Positions 36,206-49,179 of a stretch of DNA of 60,000 nucleotides are shown piece by piece. Origin of the DNA: Felis catus (Eukaryota); contig NC_058383.1 in assembly GCF_018350175.1 (NCBI RefSeq), positions 12,588,001 through 12,648,000 of the forward strand, read 5' to 3'. The notes under the pieces were generated by a model. The model made no database searches, was not told the origin of the DNA, and worked only from the letters and a program-made list of their open reading frames with translations. The position numbers were made by a program, and so were the translations under genes. The stretch's first letter is position 1; each line of letters begins with the position of its first letter.

Positions 36206-38050
36206 TGCCTAACTCCCCTCATTGCTTCAGCATTCCTAAACTCCTGAGACTCATCGCATGGAGGAAAACACCCATTACCATATTCGCCACAAACTCTCCC
36301 TTAATAACATAATGAGAAACAGGCTAAGTATATACACACGCACATATACACGTGCACACAAATAAGTGTGTGCACATGCATCAATACGCACACACGTAGC
36401 CCAGGAAGGTGACTGAGGGCAATGCAGAGGGCACCCTTAACTCTCTCTCTCTCTCTCTCTGCCCACCAGGCAGGATGAGCAGATTGAATCGAGCTTCCGA
36501 GCACAGTCTCTTGAAGCATCCCTACTGTCCCCCACACCGTGACAGGAGTCTCAGAGGCTTGTTACCGCCCTAACACTAGACAGGTGACATCATCTGGGCG
36601 TCCCCAGCATCTTACCAACCTGAAAGTTCATGACACAACGTACGCAGGCTACATACAGCCCGCAAGCGGGCAGAGTGCCCATCGGAGCCCACGGATGAGT
36701 CACCCGCCCTCAGCAGCCTGTCTCGGAGCTAGCCCAAGGGAGCAACGATCGGGTCTCACGCTTGGCAAACACACAGCAGGGGCCTGTAGCGAAGATAAAG
36801 CCGATCCACTGAAGCCAGGTCGACGCTGCCGCGTACCCCCCAGCCCATGCGTTTCCACCCCGGCACCAGGACAAACAAGATCATCCGACCGATCTGCCCC
36901 CTTCCCTATCATCCCTGACAGCCGTGCTCCTACGACATCAGTCCTGCCGGATTTTCTGTGGCTGGCAGTACTGGCTGAGGCCGGAGACACGCAGAGGGGT
37001 ACGGAAGGGAACTCTGTGTCTTTTTAGGAATGATCGCGGCTCCCCAGGCCCAGGGGCAACCATGTTGCCTCCGGCCCCTCGAGGAGCTCGCCTTTGTCTT
37101 CCAAAGGCACATGTGGCATCTGGAAACATTCCTGTGCCTTGAAAGCCACCTGCTCCCTGATGGAGGCTGCCCGCGCACGAAGGCTACGCTCCCCTCTGTC
37201 GTTTTCGAAAGAGCAGAGTCTCCTCCTCTAGTCTCCAAATCAACTTCTCTCCCAAACACAAACGCTGACATCCAAATGTCTGGTTTCTCGGGGCCTCTTA
37301 CCTCAATTCACTCGCTGGGGAAGCCGAGTCCGGCGCGGTGTTTTATCAAAGTCCCCGCACCTCCCCGAGGCACCAGCTGAAAGGAACACGGCCCGGCTGA
37401 GGTCAAGGGAACCAAGGGGAGAGGCAGCCCCTTCCGGGAAATTACGCAGTCCACCGCGGAGGAGACTATGGGACAAGTCGACATCTGTGCCGATGCTAAG
37501 CATGCAGCTGGGCAGAGCGGAGCCCGGCCTTGAGGCGAGAAAGGCAGGACCGGGCCTCCCTTCCAATGTTGTGATGTCAATCTCCACGCTTCAAACAAAA
37601 AAAGAGACTGTATTTCTTAAAGTTCTAGGTCTCTGCTGATGTTAAGAAAGGATGGGACGCTCTGCCTTAAGGACACAAGGCCGGCTAGGGCCACTGTCTC
37701 TTGAATGGAGACAGAAGCAACAACGCCCGAGATTCAGATGGCCTTGGCACATCACTTGTCTGCCAGGGAAGCCTTGTGGGAGCTCCAGCTCCGGCAAGAG
37801 GTCATTACCTGGACAGAGGAGCCACAGGGACACCTCGGCTCTGTGCTGTGACCCCTCACCACTCAACTGGTTTGCTAACAATGCTCAGTATTTCCTCGAG
37901 ACTCACATTCTCTTTTTAGAGAACGACTCTCTAACCCCACCCCCACCCCCACCCAGAGCCCGCAAGGGTCCTACTCGTCACAGCCAGGACTGGACATCGG
38001 ATTCAAAACCACTCTCTGGGCCCCAACTAGTTCAACTGTAGTCTTCAAGA

Positions 38051-38243
38051 GGGACGCCTGGGTGGCTCAGTCAGTGAAACATCCGGTTCTTGGTTTGGGC
38101 TCAGGTTGTGATCTCACGGTTCATGAGTTCAAGCCCTGAGTCTGCTCTGCACTGATAGCACGGAGCCTGCTTGGGATTCTCTCTTTCCCTCCTGCTCTCT
38201 CTCTCTCTCAAAATAAATAAACTTTAAAAAAAAAAAAAAAAAA
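38051..38243 (+). mobile_element. Can-SINE
   Basis: Body and long A-tail; TSD CTGTA(G/C)TCTTCAAGA. Confidence 0.95.
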
Positions 38244-39134
38244 GCTGTACTCTTCAAGAGAATTTATCTTAAAGATCCAGAGCTTCAGATAAGCAGCCAA
38301 CCCTGGACACTAAGACAGTGGTCATGGATGCAAGTTCCAACTTTGCCACACGTTAGCTATGCAGCTCTGGGCGATTACTTTACTCCATGCAATTGGATGC
38401 CTTGAGGTTCCCCGATCTCCTGACTAGAGAGACCCTCTTTCTTCAATTAGCACGTGTCAGACTTTCTGTTCCTGGCAAGCAAATGATGCTCAGTTAGGTC
38501 TCAGAGTCTCCTCCACCATCCGTGCCACATGGAATTAGCTTGGCCTCCCGTCACCTGGGGCCACCGTCACCGCACCCCCTTGGGGACGACGGGCTGCCCG
38601 CGAAGCTCTGATGTCCTAGGACTCCTCTTTCTCCAGGGCTCTCCCTCACTGCTCCGCCCGCAGCCTTCCCCTTGCCGTCTGTACTCCCGGTTGCAACCTC
38701 TCCCTGGTATATTAGGGCCAATTTGAACATAGTAAGTGAACAGAAAAACAGAAAAGTAGCCGGCTTCAAGTCAGTGTGCAGTCTGGATCATTTCTGTGGA
38801 AATGTCCCATAGCAAGGGCAGTGAGAAAAGCCCACTGAGTTCTGAGATTAGCAGTGAGTCCTCAGTGATGGGATCATCTTTCCAGGTTTTACTACAGTTT
38901 ATAAGTCTACCTACATGGCCCCAGTTTACACAAATTGGCCCCAAGGCAGTGACTCAAACTCAAGACACACAACGGCAAGACGGGGCTGTCACTAGGGGGA
39001 TGACCTCACCACGTCCCTCCAGCCACGGCCAAAAACCATTATCCTAGGGACACAAAGTCATCCTGGTCACCAATGACAACCTTAGACGGGAAGAGAACCA
39101 GTGTGGAAGAAACTGAGGCTCGTCAGCTACTAAA

Positions 39135-39602
39135 TACGTCAAACAACGATCTGATTTTGCTCACGATTTTGTGAGTCAGGAATCTGCAGGGGGCGGGGGT
39201 GGGCAGTTCGCACTTGGGACCTTTTACACCATTGGGTCAGATGTCAGGTGCACTGTGGCCATGAGGACTTGACTAGACTGGATGTCCTACATGGCTCACA
39301 CAGAGGGCTGCTACTCCATGGTGCTGTCAGTTGGTTGCACAACAGGGTCTGTAGACGTGGTCCCTCCTGTGTAGTTGGACCTCTTCTGTGGTGGTTGTCT
39401 TCCCCAGAATAAGTGACTCAAGATACCAGGCAGAGGCTAGGTGGTTCATCTAACCTAGCCGCAGAAGCCGCTCGGCATCATTTCCGCCATATTCCGTTGG
39501 CCGAAACAGTCACAAGATTCACCCAGATTGGAGGAGAGGAGACATAGGCACCCAGTGGGAAAAGTATCCAAGAATCTGGAGACAGTTTTTAATGGCCATT
39601 AT
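39135..39602 (-). mobile_element. MaLR LTR (MLT1H-like)
   Basis: TTGCTCACGATTTTGTGAGTCAGGAAT, GACTAGACTGGATGTCC..ATGGCTCAC, ACCTAGCCGCAGAAG, CATCATTTCCGCCATATTCCGTTGG. Confidence 0.82.
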
Positions 39603-39855
39603 GTGATTATCCCCAGTGCGAAACTGGGAGGTTACAACGATGACTAAATTGTCAAAAAACACATCCCTAAAAATGAATGGAATGGGAATTCAAAGCCAAC
39701 CTTGTCTGATTCCAAACCAAGAACCCCTTTGGCGGGGTCACAAGTGCCCAGTGAGCTGGACAGTCCTACATTCTTTGCCTTCCAATCCAAGCAGGAGAGG
39801 GGAATATATATGCATTCTATTTACAGAAACTACAGAGATTTTAGAAACCCCTCTC

Positions 39856-39908
<53 letters not shown>

Positions 39909-39960
39909 TTCCTTCCTTCCTTCCTTCCTTCCTTCCTTTCTTCCTTCTTTTTCTTTTTTT
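39856..39960 (+). repeat. Compound (CTTT)n(CCTT)n microsatellite at SINE tail
   Basis: Direct observation; contiguous with T-tract of minus-strand SINE. Confidence 0.97.
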
Positions 39961-40173
39961 TCTCAACTTTTTTTTTTTATTTATTTTTGGGACAGAGAGA
40001 GACAGAGCATGAACGGGGGAGGGGCAGAGAGAGAGGGAGACACAGAATCAGAAACAGGCTCCAGGCTCTGAGCCATCAGCCCAGAGCCTGACACGGGGTT
40101 CGAACTCACGGACCGCGAGATTGTGACCTGGCTAAAGTCGGACGCTCAACCGACTGCGCCACCCAGGCGCCCC
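39961..40173 (-). mobile_element. Young Can-SINE (SINEC_Fc type)
   Basis: Full body with subfamily-diagnostic CCATCAGCCCAGAGCC. Confidence 0.97.
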
Positions 40174-40859
40174 TCTTCTTTTTTTTAATGTAAGCACCAA
40201 CAGGCCACCTGACTGCCTTGCCTCCCTCAGTTATTCCAACAGTTAAACTCTGCCACCCCCACCTCCATGTTGCCCCCCGCCCGGGGCTGTGGAACTTAAG
40301 AGATAAGGAGGTGATGTCACCATGCTGAGGGCCAGAACAGAAGAGAGCTCTCCAACCTGTCACCACTCTACCAGTAAATAGTGTCTTCCCAAAGGCTGAA
40401 GCCACATCGCTCTCTTGCTCTGAAAGGATGGACGGAGCTATTGAACTGGAAGCTCTAATGCGTGCAAGGTCCTGGGGTTTGAGAGCCGAAGGGTCACTCT
40501 GACTCCTCCAATTGTTCATTTTGAAGACACTCCCCAGAGATAGTTCCTGCTTGTCCATCTGGAATGACGAGCAATGATAAGCACAGACGTTATGGGTTTC
40601 AAACATGAACACCTACATCATCTGAACTGCTCGTTGGAAAGAGTTCTCATTTCCAAATGATCCTTCCGGTGACCATAACAGATTATAGACTTAATTGCAT
40701 CCTGTTCATAGCCACAGAATGTTTCAGCTGAGTGGCTTCTGTTGCCAACGGTTCCCCCTCGAGGAGGAAGGAGTTCACGCCCTCCCGTGTCGTCTGTAAG
40801 AACAGCCTCTGGCCAATCCGAAGACCAGGTGGTACTGAAAAAGCCCTCCAGCACAGCAG

Positions 40860-41095
40860 CTGAGCACTGGTTTTGAGGTCTTAGAGCTCTGCATTCAAAT
40901 CCTCCTCCTGCCCCTGCATCGGGCCAAAACTCAGCCTCTTCACGCCTCGGGTAGCTGACTATCAGATGTAGATTAGAAAAGCATTTTCCTCATTTGGGTT
41001 ACCGGGAGATCACGTTAAGTGACACTAAATGGCATGAGCTTCACCCAATAACTACCACCTGGTAAGCACCGAACAGACGTTAGCTATTACGATTA
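40860..41095 (+). mobile_element. MIR
   Basis: GAGCACTGGTTTTGAG...ATTCAAATCC..., 3' ACCTGGTAAGCACC...GTTAGCTATTA. Confidence 0.65.
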
Positions 41096-41454
41096 TACCG
41101 GAAATAACTAGAACGTTTGGGGGTAATGCTGAAGCCCAAGCTGGAAAGAAAGAGGAGGCGTCAGGCTTCAGGGGCCTCACGGCAGTTCTAGGCAGTCAAG
41201 GAGACAAATCCCACGAGATCAGCAAGGGAAGGAAGATGCACAAAATCATGCAGGATCTAGCACTTGGAAAGATTAGAGTCAACAGAAACCACAGATAAGC
41301 AAACGCCCTCTAGTACTGTGCCAGAGGCTCTCGTGGCTCTCAAAAAATGTTCCGAAACATCGGACAACCCAACATCCACATCCAGAAAGAAAGACTTGTG
41401 AGGTCAAAGAGTAGCTGGTGTCTATAATACAGGCAGATACAGACATTGAGGAGA

Positions 41455-41665
41455 AGTATCATTTACTGAGCACCTACTATGTGCAAAGTGTGGCATAGCC
41501 ACTTCTGCGGACATTATGCCATGGACGCCTCACGCTACACGGAAGAACTGGCACCCTTGCCTCTTTTTGTTTAAAGGTAAAGAAGTCAAGGCTCGGAGAC
41601 GTTAATGTACTCAAGGTCATGAGTCAGGACGCGGGGGCACTGGAGTCTGACACCCAGCTAACTCT
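41455..41665 (-). mobile_element. MIR
   Basis: CATTTACTGAGCACCTACTATGTGC...AAGGCTCGGAGACGTTAA..CAAGGTCA. Confidence 0.75.
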
Positions 41666-42296
41666 GAAATTGCCATTTTTTTACTCACTCCATCTTGAAG
41701 TTTCAGAGAAGACGAGCAGGTGCTGAAGGGCTTCGAGAGATGGCTGGCCCCTCTGCGGTGAGGAAACGTAGAAGATTGTCCCAAGGTCCCGTGTCACAAC
41801 TGAAATATCAGCCTCTCGTGTTTTCCTTCAAAATCCCATTGTCTGATCCCAGTTGCCGTTTCCTGCCAGAAAAGCAAAAACATGAGGATTCGACTCTGAA
41901 TCCGTAGTCTCCTGACCTTTGCACTTACTTCCTCCGCAACCGTGATTTTCCACTTCCAGTCGAGCTCGTGAAGGAGTGGCCGGGCCTTCCCTCGAGCGGT
42001 TTGTTCCGAGGAGGCACTGGATTGGCGGTGCCCGAAACAGAGGCCCCGGTCAAGGAAGAAGGAAGGTTGCCAACTGGGCAAGAGACCTTAAGGAACGGAA
42101 ACGCGATTACAAAGCGTTCCTCCAGATCGGAATTTGCATACAATGAAATACACACTGAGGGAACCCACTGAATAATGAAAGCTAGGTCACAGGCATGATG
42201 AAGAAGTGGCCTTAACACAAGGCGTCTTTATCGCCGAGCTCGCCAGTCAGTCGCGATTTTTCGTTTCCAAAAGTGGCATTGCTCTAGATTACACGT

Positions 42297-42496
42297 TTGT
42301 TTGCTTATTTTTTTTTTATTTACTTATTTTGAGAGAGGGAGAGAGAGCACAAGCAGGGGAGGGGCAGAAGGAGAGGGGGAGAGACAGAATCAGCGTGGAG
42401 CCCAACGCGGGGCTCAAACCCACAAACCCGCAAGATCATGACCTGAGCCGAAACCAAGAGTCAGACGCTCAACTGACTGAGCCACCCAGGCGCCTC
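42297..42496 (-). mobile_element. Can-SINE (internally shortened)
   Basis: GAGATCATGACCTGAGCCGAAACCAAGAGTCAGACGCTCAACTGACTGAGCCACCCAGGCGCC. Confidence 0.95.
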
Positions 42497-42522
42497 TCTC
42501 TGTTACATTCAGAACCGTGGTT

Positions 42523-42738
42523 GGGGCGCCTGGGTGGCTCCGTCGGTCAAGTGTCCGACTTTGGCTCAGGTCATGATCTCGCGGTTCATGGGTTCGAGCC
42601 CCGCGTCGGGCTCCGTGCCGACAGCTCGGAGTCTGGAGCCTGCTTCGGATTCTGTGTCTCCCTCTCTCTCTGCCCCTCCCCTGCTCGCACTCTCTCTCTG
42701 TCTCAAAAATAAATAAAACATTAAAAAAAAAAAAAAAA
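42523..42738 (+). mobile_element. Can-SINE
   Basis: TSD AGAAC(C/T)GTGGTT (42511-42522, 42739-42750). Confidence 0.97.
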
Positions 42739-43183
42739 AGAACTGTGGTTTGTCCCCTGGAAAGCAGCTGAACATCTTGTCCCCTGTACCTAAGACACGT
42801 GATGACAGGGTTCATGCACACTCCTCATCCAGCCCCATATGTGGATTCAATCTGGAATGATTCTTTACAAGGGGATTTGAGTTTAGCATTGCATGGGAAA
42901 TGCCTGTGTCAAGAATTCAGTAACACATTAGTGCACTGTGTCGAAACAACACTTCTCATTTCGCTCCATCAGAGAACAATAGTATCACACACAACTCAGC
43001 ATACGCCATCTCATCGGGTTTCCAGAACATACTGTGATCCGTTTACCTGCAGTCATTGTTTCTCTCGTCCTGTGTGAAAGGCTGGAGTTTCCAGCATTCT
43101 GGATCCACTACGGAAACCTTTTTCCTTCGCGCATCTTTCCCAAAGGAACTCTGTTTCGGGTATGATTATATAATCCCAGAGAG

Positions 43184-43398
43184 GGGGCGCCTGGGTGGCG
43201 CAGTCGGTTAAGCGTCCGACTTCAGCCAGGTCACGATCTCGCGGTCCGTGAGTTCGAGCCCCGCGTCGGGCTCTGGGCTGATGGCTCAGAGCCTGGAGCC
43301 TGTTTCCGGTTCTGTGTCTCCCTCTCTCTCTGCCCCTCCCCCGTTCATGCTCTGTCTCTCTCTGTCCCAAAAATAAATAAACGTTGAAAAAAAAAATT
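43184..43398 (+). mobile_element. Young Can-SINE (SINEC_Fc type)
   Basis: Perfect TSD TATAATCCCAGAGAG (43169-43183, 43399-43413). Confidence 0.97.
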
Positions 43399-43717
43399 TA
43401 TAATCCCAGAGAGAAGCTTGCCCGTCGACCCCAAATACTGCCTTCTTCAAATAATGAAATGGAACCCTGGGCTTACAAATAACGTGCACAAATTCACCTA
43501 GGTGGCAATCGGTGGAACCGAGCTTAGAACCCGCTGACTTATAGACACATGTGGGTAAAGCAAGGGTTCGGCTAAGGCAGGGCGAAATTCGAAGGGGAGA
43601 AAATGAAAGCCAAGGTGACATCTGGTTTTTAAGTGAGAGAATATACATATAAAAAAGCAAGTGGCCCACGTAAGTACTCAATAGCTATTTGTCAAATGAA
43701 AAATAAATAAATAAATA

Positions 43718-43950
43718 GGGGCGCCTGGGGACGGCTCAGTCGGTTAAGCATCCGACTTCGGCTCAGGTCACGATCTCGCGGTTCGTGAGTTCGAGCCCCG
43801 CGTCGGGCTCTGTGCTGACAGCTCGGAGCCTGGAGCCTGCTTCCGATTCTGTGTCTCCCTCTCTCTCTGCCCTTCCCCCATTCGTGCTGTGTCTCTCATT
43901 TCAAAAATAAAAAATAAACATTAAAAAGCCACACAAAAATAATAATAATA
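43718..43950 (+). mobile_element. Can-SINE
   Basis: Full body and tail inserted in an (AAAT)n tract. Confidence 0.96.
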
Positions 43951-44324
43951 AAATAAAATCAGTGAAGTGCAAAAAAAAAAAAGGTTTCATCTGGTTTGTA
44001 TCTGGTTTAATTTGCGTGAAAAGAAATGCACAGTTTCTCATATTTAAAAATAGACCCTTTTAAGCAAGCAAGGAAAATAATATGCTCTTGGGGATAGGAT
44101 GAGAATCTCTAATTTTATACCAACTCAACATACGAGATTTCAGATTGATATCTTATGAAGCAATACGTAGTAATATATCATTACCTCAAAGTTCACATTT
44201 GTAGAATCTGAAATGTCTACGTAACAAATTATAAAGGGCATCAGTAACATGCAATTTTGAGCATCTTCTGTTACCTTCTGAGGACAAATTCTATCCTGGC
44301 ACTTGCTGCAAGAGAAAAGGCTCT

Positions 44325-44475
44325 TGCAGAAGTCAACAGCCTTTGAGTCGAATCCTAGGCTAGCCACTAACCAGCTCTGTGGTCACCGAAGAGTCACTTA
44401 ACATTTCTGGGTCTCCGTGACTTCAACTGTAAAATAAAAATGTCCGCTCATGGGATCTCCATAGCCCTTTCTTGA
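44325..44475 (+). mobile_element. MIR remnant
   Basis: CTTTGAGTCGAATCCTAGGCTAGCCACTAACCAGCTCTGTG...GAGTCACTTAAC...CTGTAAAAT. Confidence 0.75.
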
Positions 44476-47084
44476 TCAAAAGTGCATGATTTGATTTTTT
44501 TTCTTCCTCCCCAAAAGACCAAGAAGAATAGAGACAGTGATGGATACGACCATAGCTCTGAGGGTGGCTAGAAGCCTTGCTCAAAGGAAGAAGTCAACAG
44601 CCAGGGGTCCCACTGAGAACAAGAGACGTCCTGGGAATTCATGTCTTCTTTGACATTCTCCTTCCCCCTCCTTCCCATCTCCCCCACCCCTTTAGGGGAT
44701 CCCATGCATTACGGGAGTCGGGACCTCTGGCCCACCTTTTACAATCAGGGCTCTTTCCCAAGGACCTCTAGTTTTTCCCTACCTGTCCCTCTACCCTCGT
44801 GACTTGGAATTTCCGGGACGTCTCGGCGTAAACACCTTTCAGAGAAGGCACACATTCAATTTTGCAAGGGGAGGAAGGTAGCAGATAAGACTGCGAAATC
44901 AAAACTTCAACTTAGGGAATGCCGTGAAGGAACTTGATGGTGGATAGGAGCCAATATGTGAGAACTACGCCGGGCCGGGGGTGGGGGGTGGGGGCGAGGT
45001 GCTCTCTTCTGCTTTTCGGGAGGTCCCAGAGCTTCTCACCCACATATGACTTGCAGCCAGCCTTCCAGGTTAGGAACTTAGACGACTGTGAAAACAGAGC
45101 TCCAGCTTCTTAAATGGATGTGTATTTTGGGGTGGGTTGGCTCTAATTTCCTTTCCCTGACTCTTAAGTGGGTTGTCCGTATTTCTTCCCAATATATTCT
45201 TTCTCCCACCATGTCAACCCTCCCAACCACTATTCAGTGCTTTGACATTTATTGCTAATAAAAATAATACTACTTATCATCTGAAAGTTAGTAGTATAGT
45301 TTGAAAGTCTTATGTACATTTATTTTTCCTTGGATTTATGTCACCCTCTCCTCCAAGCAAAGAATAAACAAATAAAAGCACTTTGTCAAATTTATAACCT
45401 ACTCAAATTCAGAGATTCCTGAATAGGAAACAGACCAGGGACACTTGGCCAAGATTAACTTAACTAGAAAACCAAAACCTTACCTATGGTGCTTTGAAGA
45501 AAGATGTCAGTCTTTGAAGATTGTATCCACACACAAAATGTGAAAAGTGGATAACTCGGGCAAAATTACCTCAGTAACGGAGGACTTCCAGATTTACCTT
45601 TTCCCAGAAATGCTCAGGTAACAAAGGCGAAGGGGTTTTCTGGCCTCAATTATGTCCTAATAATTGTTTCAATTCTCTGCTTCCTTTTGAGTGTGAATAT
45701 CCAGGCTAAAAGGCTTTAAAAAACAGGCCGAGAAGGTTTCCCAGACGTGAAATAGATTTTACAAAAGAAACTTCTGGCAAGTTTAATGTAAGTAAATCAG
45801 AAACATATGGGCTATGTTTCCCTCAAAATACCCATGGGTTTGAAAGCCCAGAAAACACATAAAAAGTAGAGGGAAACTGCTTCCCAAAGCTAAGCTTATT
45901 TGAGAAACTTCATGCTGTACCAGAAAGCCTGGCTCGGCTCCCCAAAGCAGAGGATGAAGTCAGCGGTCAGGAAGTCCCCCAGCCCCTACCCTATTGCTTA
46001 CGCCAGTCTTCGTTGCTGAGGATGATGTGACTGATGGCCCTATGACCTGTGCCTGTGGGTGTGACTGAGAAAAGCATTGCTCAGTGCTTCCCATACTGAA
46101 GACATGACCTCATAGCTCCTTTGCAATCATCTGCACTGAATGTTTACACAGCCTGTGTCTGTTCTTGGGGGCTTCGCATGCTAAACAATCGGGCTGGTGG
46201 TAAGCGTACGTTTACTGAACGCTTCAGCATGTGCCCCATGGGAAGGATAACAAAGAAATGGACAGTCAGATGCCGGCCCAGGAGGTGCGTTGTAGACGCA
46301 CACTCGGAAGGGACTTTACGATTCCTGAGTTCCTCCCTCCAGCCTGTGTGGCAATTCGGGCTACCACTTCCAGTTCACATAGTGGGAGGAAAACTGAGAG
46401 AAAGAAAAAAAAAAAAACCAGCTTGAGTATGGAGAGTCAGAGAACCTGAGGTCAGGTCCCGGTAAACATGACCTACGACCTGTCAACTGACCCCTCAGAG
46501 TCTCGGTTTCCATCAATTAAAAGGGAATAATGGTCAAATCAACTATAGGCGTTCCCTAGGGCACCTCTATAAATATTACGTCTCTTCCCCACCCAGGTCC
46601 TTAAATAAATAGAAAAACAAAACCGAGAGGACGATCGAGACTAGGATTTTCACCTTTGTTCCCGAGGGAAGCCAGGTGAGATGACAGAGTGGAATGAGAG
46701 ATAAACTGGGCTTCCACCTGAGCCCCAGAAGGAGGCAGACGGGTTGCTCAGTCTCAGGCCACTCTGGGCTGGGGCAGGTGTCCACATGCTGGGGGGATGT
46801 CAAATTAAGGCTCAGGGCTTGAGGAGTAGAAGAAATCTCAGACTCTCAGTAGACAGGTCACTCCCAAAAGGAAATAGGAGAGCCAGGCTCAGCTCAGCTC
46901 ATCCAGGTTATTCTTTCCAGAGTACCAGTCAGATAGCTCCTCAGCCACCATGAAGAGGAGTTGATGATCGGGCAGAGAACATCCAACGGTGACTCATAAG
47001 ATGTGTTTTCTTCACCCAAATGGAAGTCTTAGGAGAAGCCTGCTAAACAAGGGAAAGTATGTGAAAGCCTTCTATGCTTTTGCT

Positions 47085-47490
47085 CAATTCATCCAACATT
47101 TATGCAACATCTACTATTTGCTCAGTCCTCGCAAACTTAGTTTAAATAGGACGTTGTTCCTTATTTAAGATTACAGTCTGGTAGGAGAAAGAAACAAGGA
47201 AGCCAAAAATGACAGTACACAACGGATGTGCTAAGTAATATACTGAAGTCTGCACAAAGTGTAACCAAAGTGCAGAGAAGGGACATCTAATTGAAGGGAC
47301 AGCTAGGTGAGCCTTCTTTGTGGAAATGACATTCGAGAGCTAAGGTCTAAAGAATACAAAGGAACCAAGTGGTGAGAGAAACCAAGATTTGGGGAGACCC
47401 TCAAGGCACAGAGAAGTCCAGAAGAAGCCACAAAGGAAAAGGATGGGACATTTCAGAGAACTGAAAGTCATTCTGCATGATTGTAGGAGA
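47085..47490 (-). mobile_element. L2 3' fragment
   Basis: ATTCATCCAACATTTAT..CATCTACTAT, TTACAGTCTGGTAGGAGA, GGAAATGACATT..GAGCTAAG. Confidence 0.7.
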
Positions 47491-47535
47491 ATTCATCTTA
47501 ACGTTAACAGGAATAATCAGAAAAGAGCATGACAA

Positions 47536-47740
47536 GGGCGCCTGGGTGGCTCAGTCAGTTGAGCGTCCAGTTCTTGATTTTGGCTCAGATCATGACCTCA
47601 GGGTTCATGGGACTGAGCTCCATGTCAGGCTCTGGGCTGACAGTTCAGAGCCTGCTTGGGATTCTCTCACTCCTCCTCTCTGCATCTCTTTCTGTCTTTC
47701 TCTCTGTAAATAACTAAATGAATAAACAAAAAAGCAAAAA
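47536..47740 (+). mobile_element. Can-SINE (older)
   Basis: A box, body, CT tract; degenerate TSD AAAAGA(G)CATGA. Confidence 0.94.
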
Positions 47741-47749
47741 GACATGAAA

Positions 47750-48275
47750 AAAGATGTGAGATGTATATACGTACACATATACACACATACACATACATAT
47801 AATGGAATATTACCCAACCATAAAAACTAATGAGATCCTGCCATTTGCAAAGAAAGACACAGATGGACCTAGAGGCTTTGTGAAATAAGTCTGACAGAGA
47901 AAGACAAATACCATATGATTTCACTTATATGTGGAATCTGAACAACAAAGCAAAACACAAAGGCAGAAACAGACCCATAAATACAGAGAACAAATGGGTG
48001 GTTGTGTGAAGGGGAGGAAATGGGGGAATGAGCAAAGTAGGTGAAGGTGAGTGGGAGATACAGGCTTCCGGTCTTGAATGAATAAGTCGTGGGGGCAAAA
48101 GGCACCACATAGGGGAGATGATCAATGATATTGTAACAGTGTCGTACGGTGACAGATCGTAGGTACACTTGTGTTGAGCACAGCATAAGGTATACACTTG
48201 TTGAATCACTGTATCACGCACCTGAAACTAATGTGACGTTATGTATCACCTGTACTTCAGTTTTAAAAATTAAAG
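47750..48275 (+). mobile_element. Carnivore L1 3' end (L1_Carn-like), 5'-truncated
   Basis: GTGAAATAAGTCTGACAGAGAAAGACAAATACCATATGATTTCACTTATATGTGGAAT...GTTGAATCACTGTAT...ACCTGAAACTAATGT. Confidence 0.92.
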
Positions 48276-48470
48276 GACTTAATTTAATTAAAATCTCTCA
48301 CATCTGAGAAATTTCTGATTAACAAAACGGGAGTATGTGTGTGTGTGCATGTGTTATAAGTGGAGACTAGAAGAATGCATCCCAGAATATTAACAGTGGC
48401 TATACCTGGCTAATGGGATTGTTAATTATTGTTTTTCACTTATCCTTATTTTCTATCACAGACATTTATA

Positions 48471-48656
48471 ATTTTTTTTTTTTTTTAGAGTGAGAGAGAG
48501 AGCAGGGGAGAGGGGCAGAGGAAGAGAGAGAATCCCAAGCAGGCTCCACATTCAGCACAGAGCCTGACGTGGGGCTCAATCCCATGACTGTGGGACCATG
48601 ACCTGAGCCAAAATCAAGAGTCAGATGCTCAACTGACTGAGCCACCCAGGTGCCCC
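48471..48656 (-). mobile_element. Can-SINE (older)
   Basis: GAGAATCCCAAGCAGGCTCCAC...GAGCCACCCAGGTGCCCC. Confidence 0.95.
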
Positions 48657-48962
48657 TACAAACTTTTTTATGAAATTACTAATAACTGACATGATCACAG
48701 GAAGTTTTCCATGTAAGTTACCCTTTCAAATGGTTCCCAGCATTAGGTTCTTTTGTATAATATTGCTGGCTCTTTGCAGCAATCAATAATCGGGTCCCAT
48801 GGTTCCAGGTTATGGGGGCACTCTTCCTGCTTCTCTACCACCACACCGGAGACCTTCCAGACGATTTGCAGTGAACATTAGGTGAATACAGCGGTACGGT
48901 GCCTCCCTGGTTCCCATTGGCAGGATTCATCCAGTTGCAAGCTCAGGAAAGAGGTCAATTTC

Positions 48963-49002
48963 TTCATTCATTCATTCATTCATTCATTCATTCATTCATT
49001 CA
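48963..49002 (+). repeat. (TTCA)10 microsatellite, probably an L2 tail
   Basis: Direct observation; followed by L2-like GTGTTTACTGGG. Confidence 0.9.
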
Positions 49003-49179
49003 CCAGTGTTTACTGGGAGAGATCCTGTCCTTGGTGCTGAGAGTAGAGCCACAAAACAGACTCATCCTGGCCGCATGTAACACACCGAAGAAAAGAGCTA
49101 CGAAGACCCACGTTTCACTCCTACAGAGAAGACTGCCTGTTTTTGCACCTTCCTGCAGACACCGTTGCCCTATTTCATT

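Noticed and set aside
36539..37598. Cluster of overlapping 60-160 aa ORFs in a GC-rich stretch
   Set aside because: ORFs on both strands as expected for GC-rich DNA; no recognisable domain or convincing splice structure; CpG density not clearly island-like
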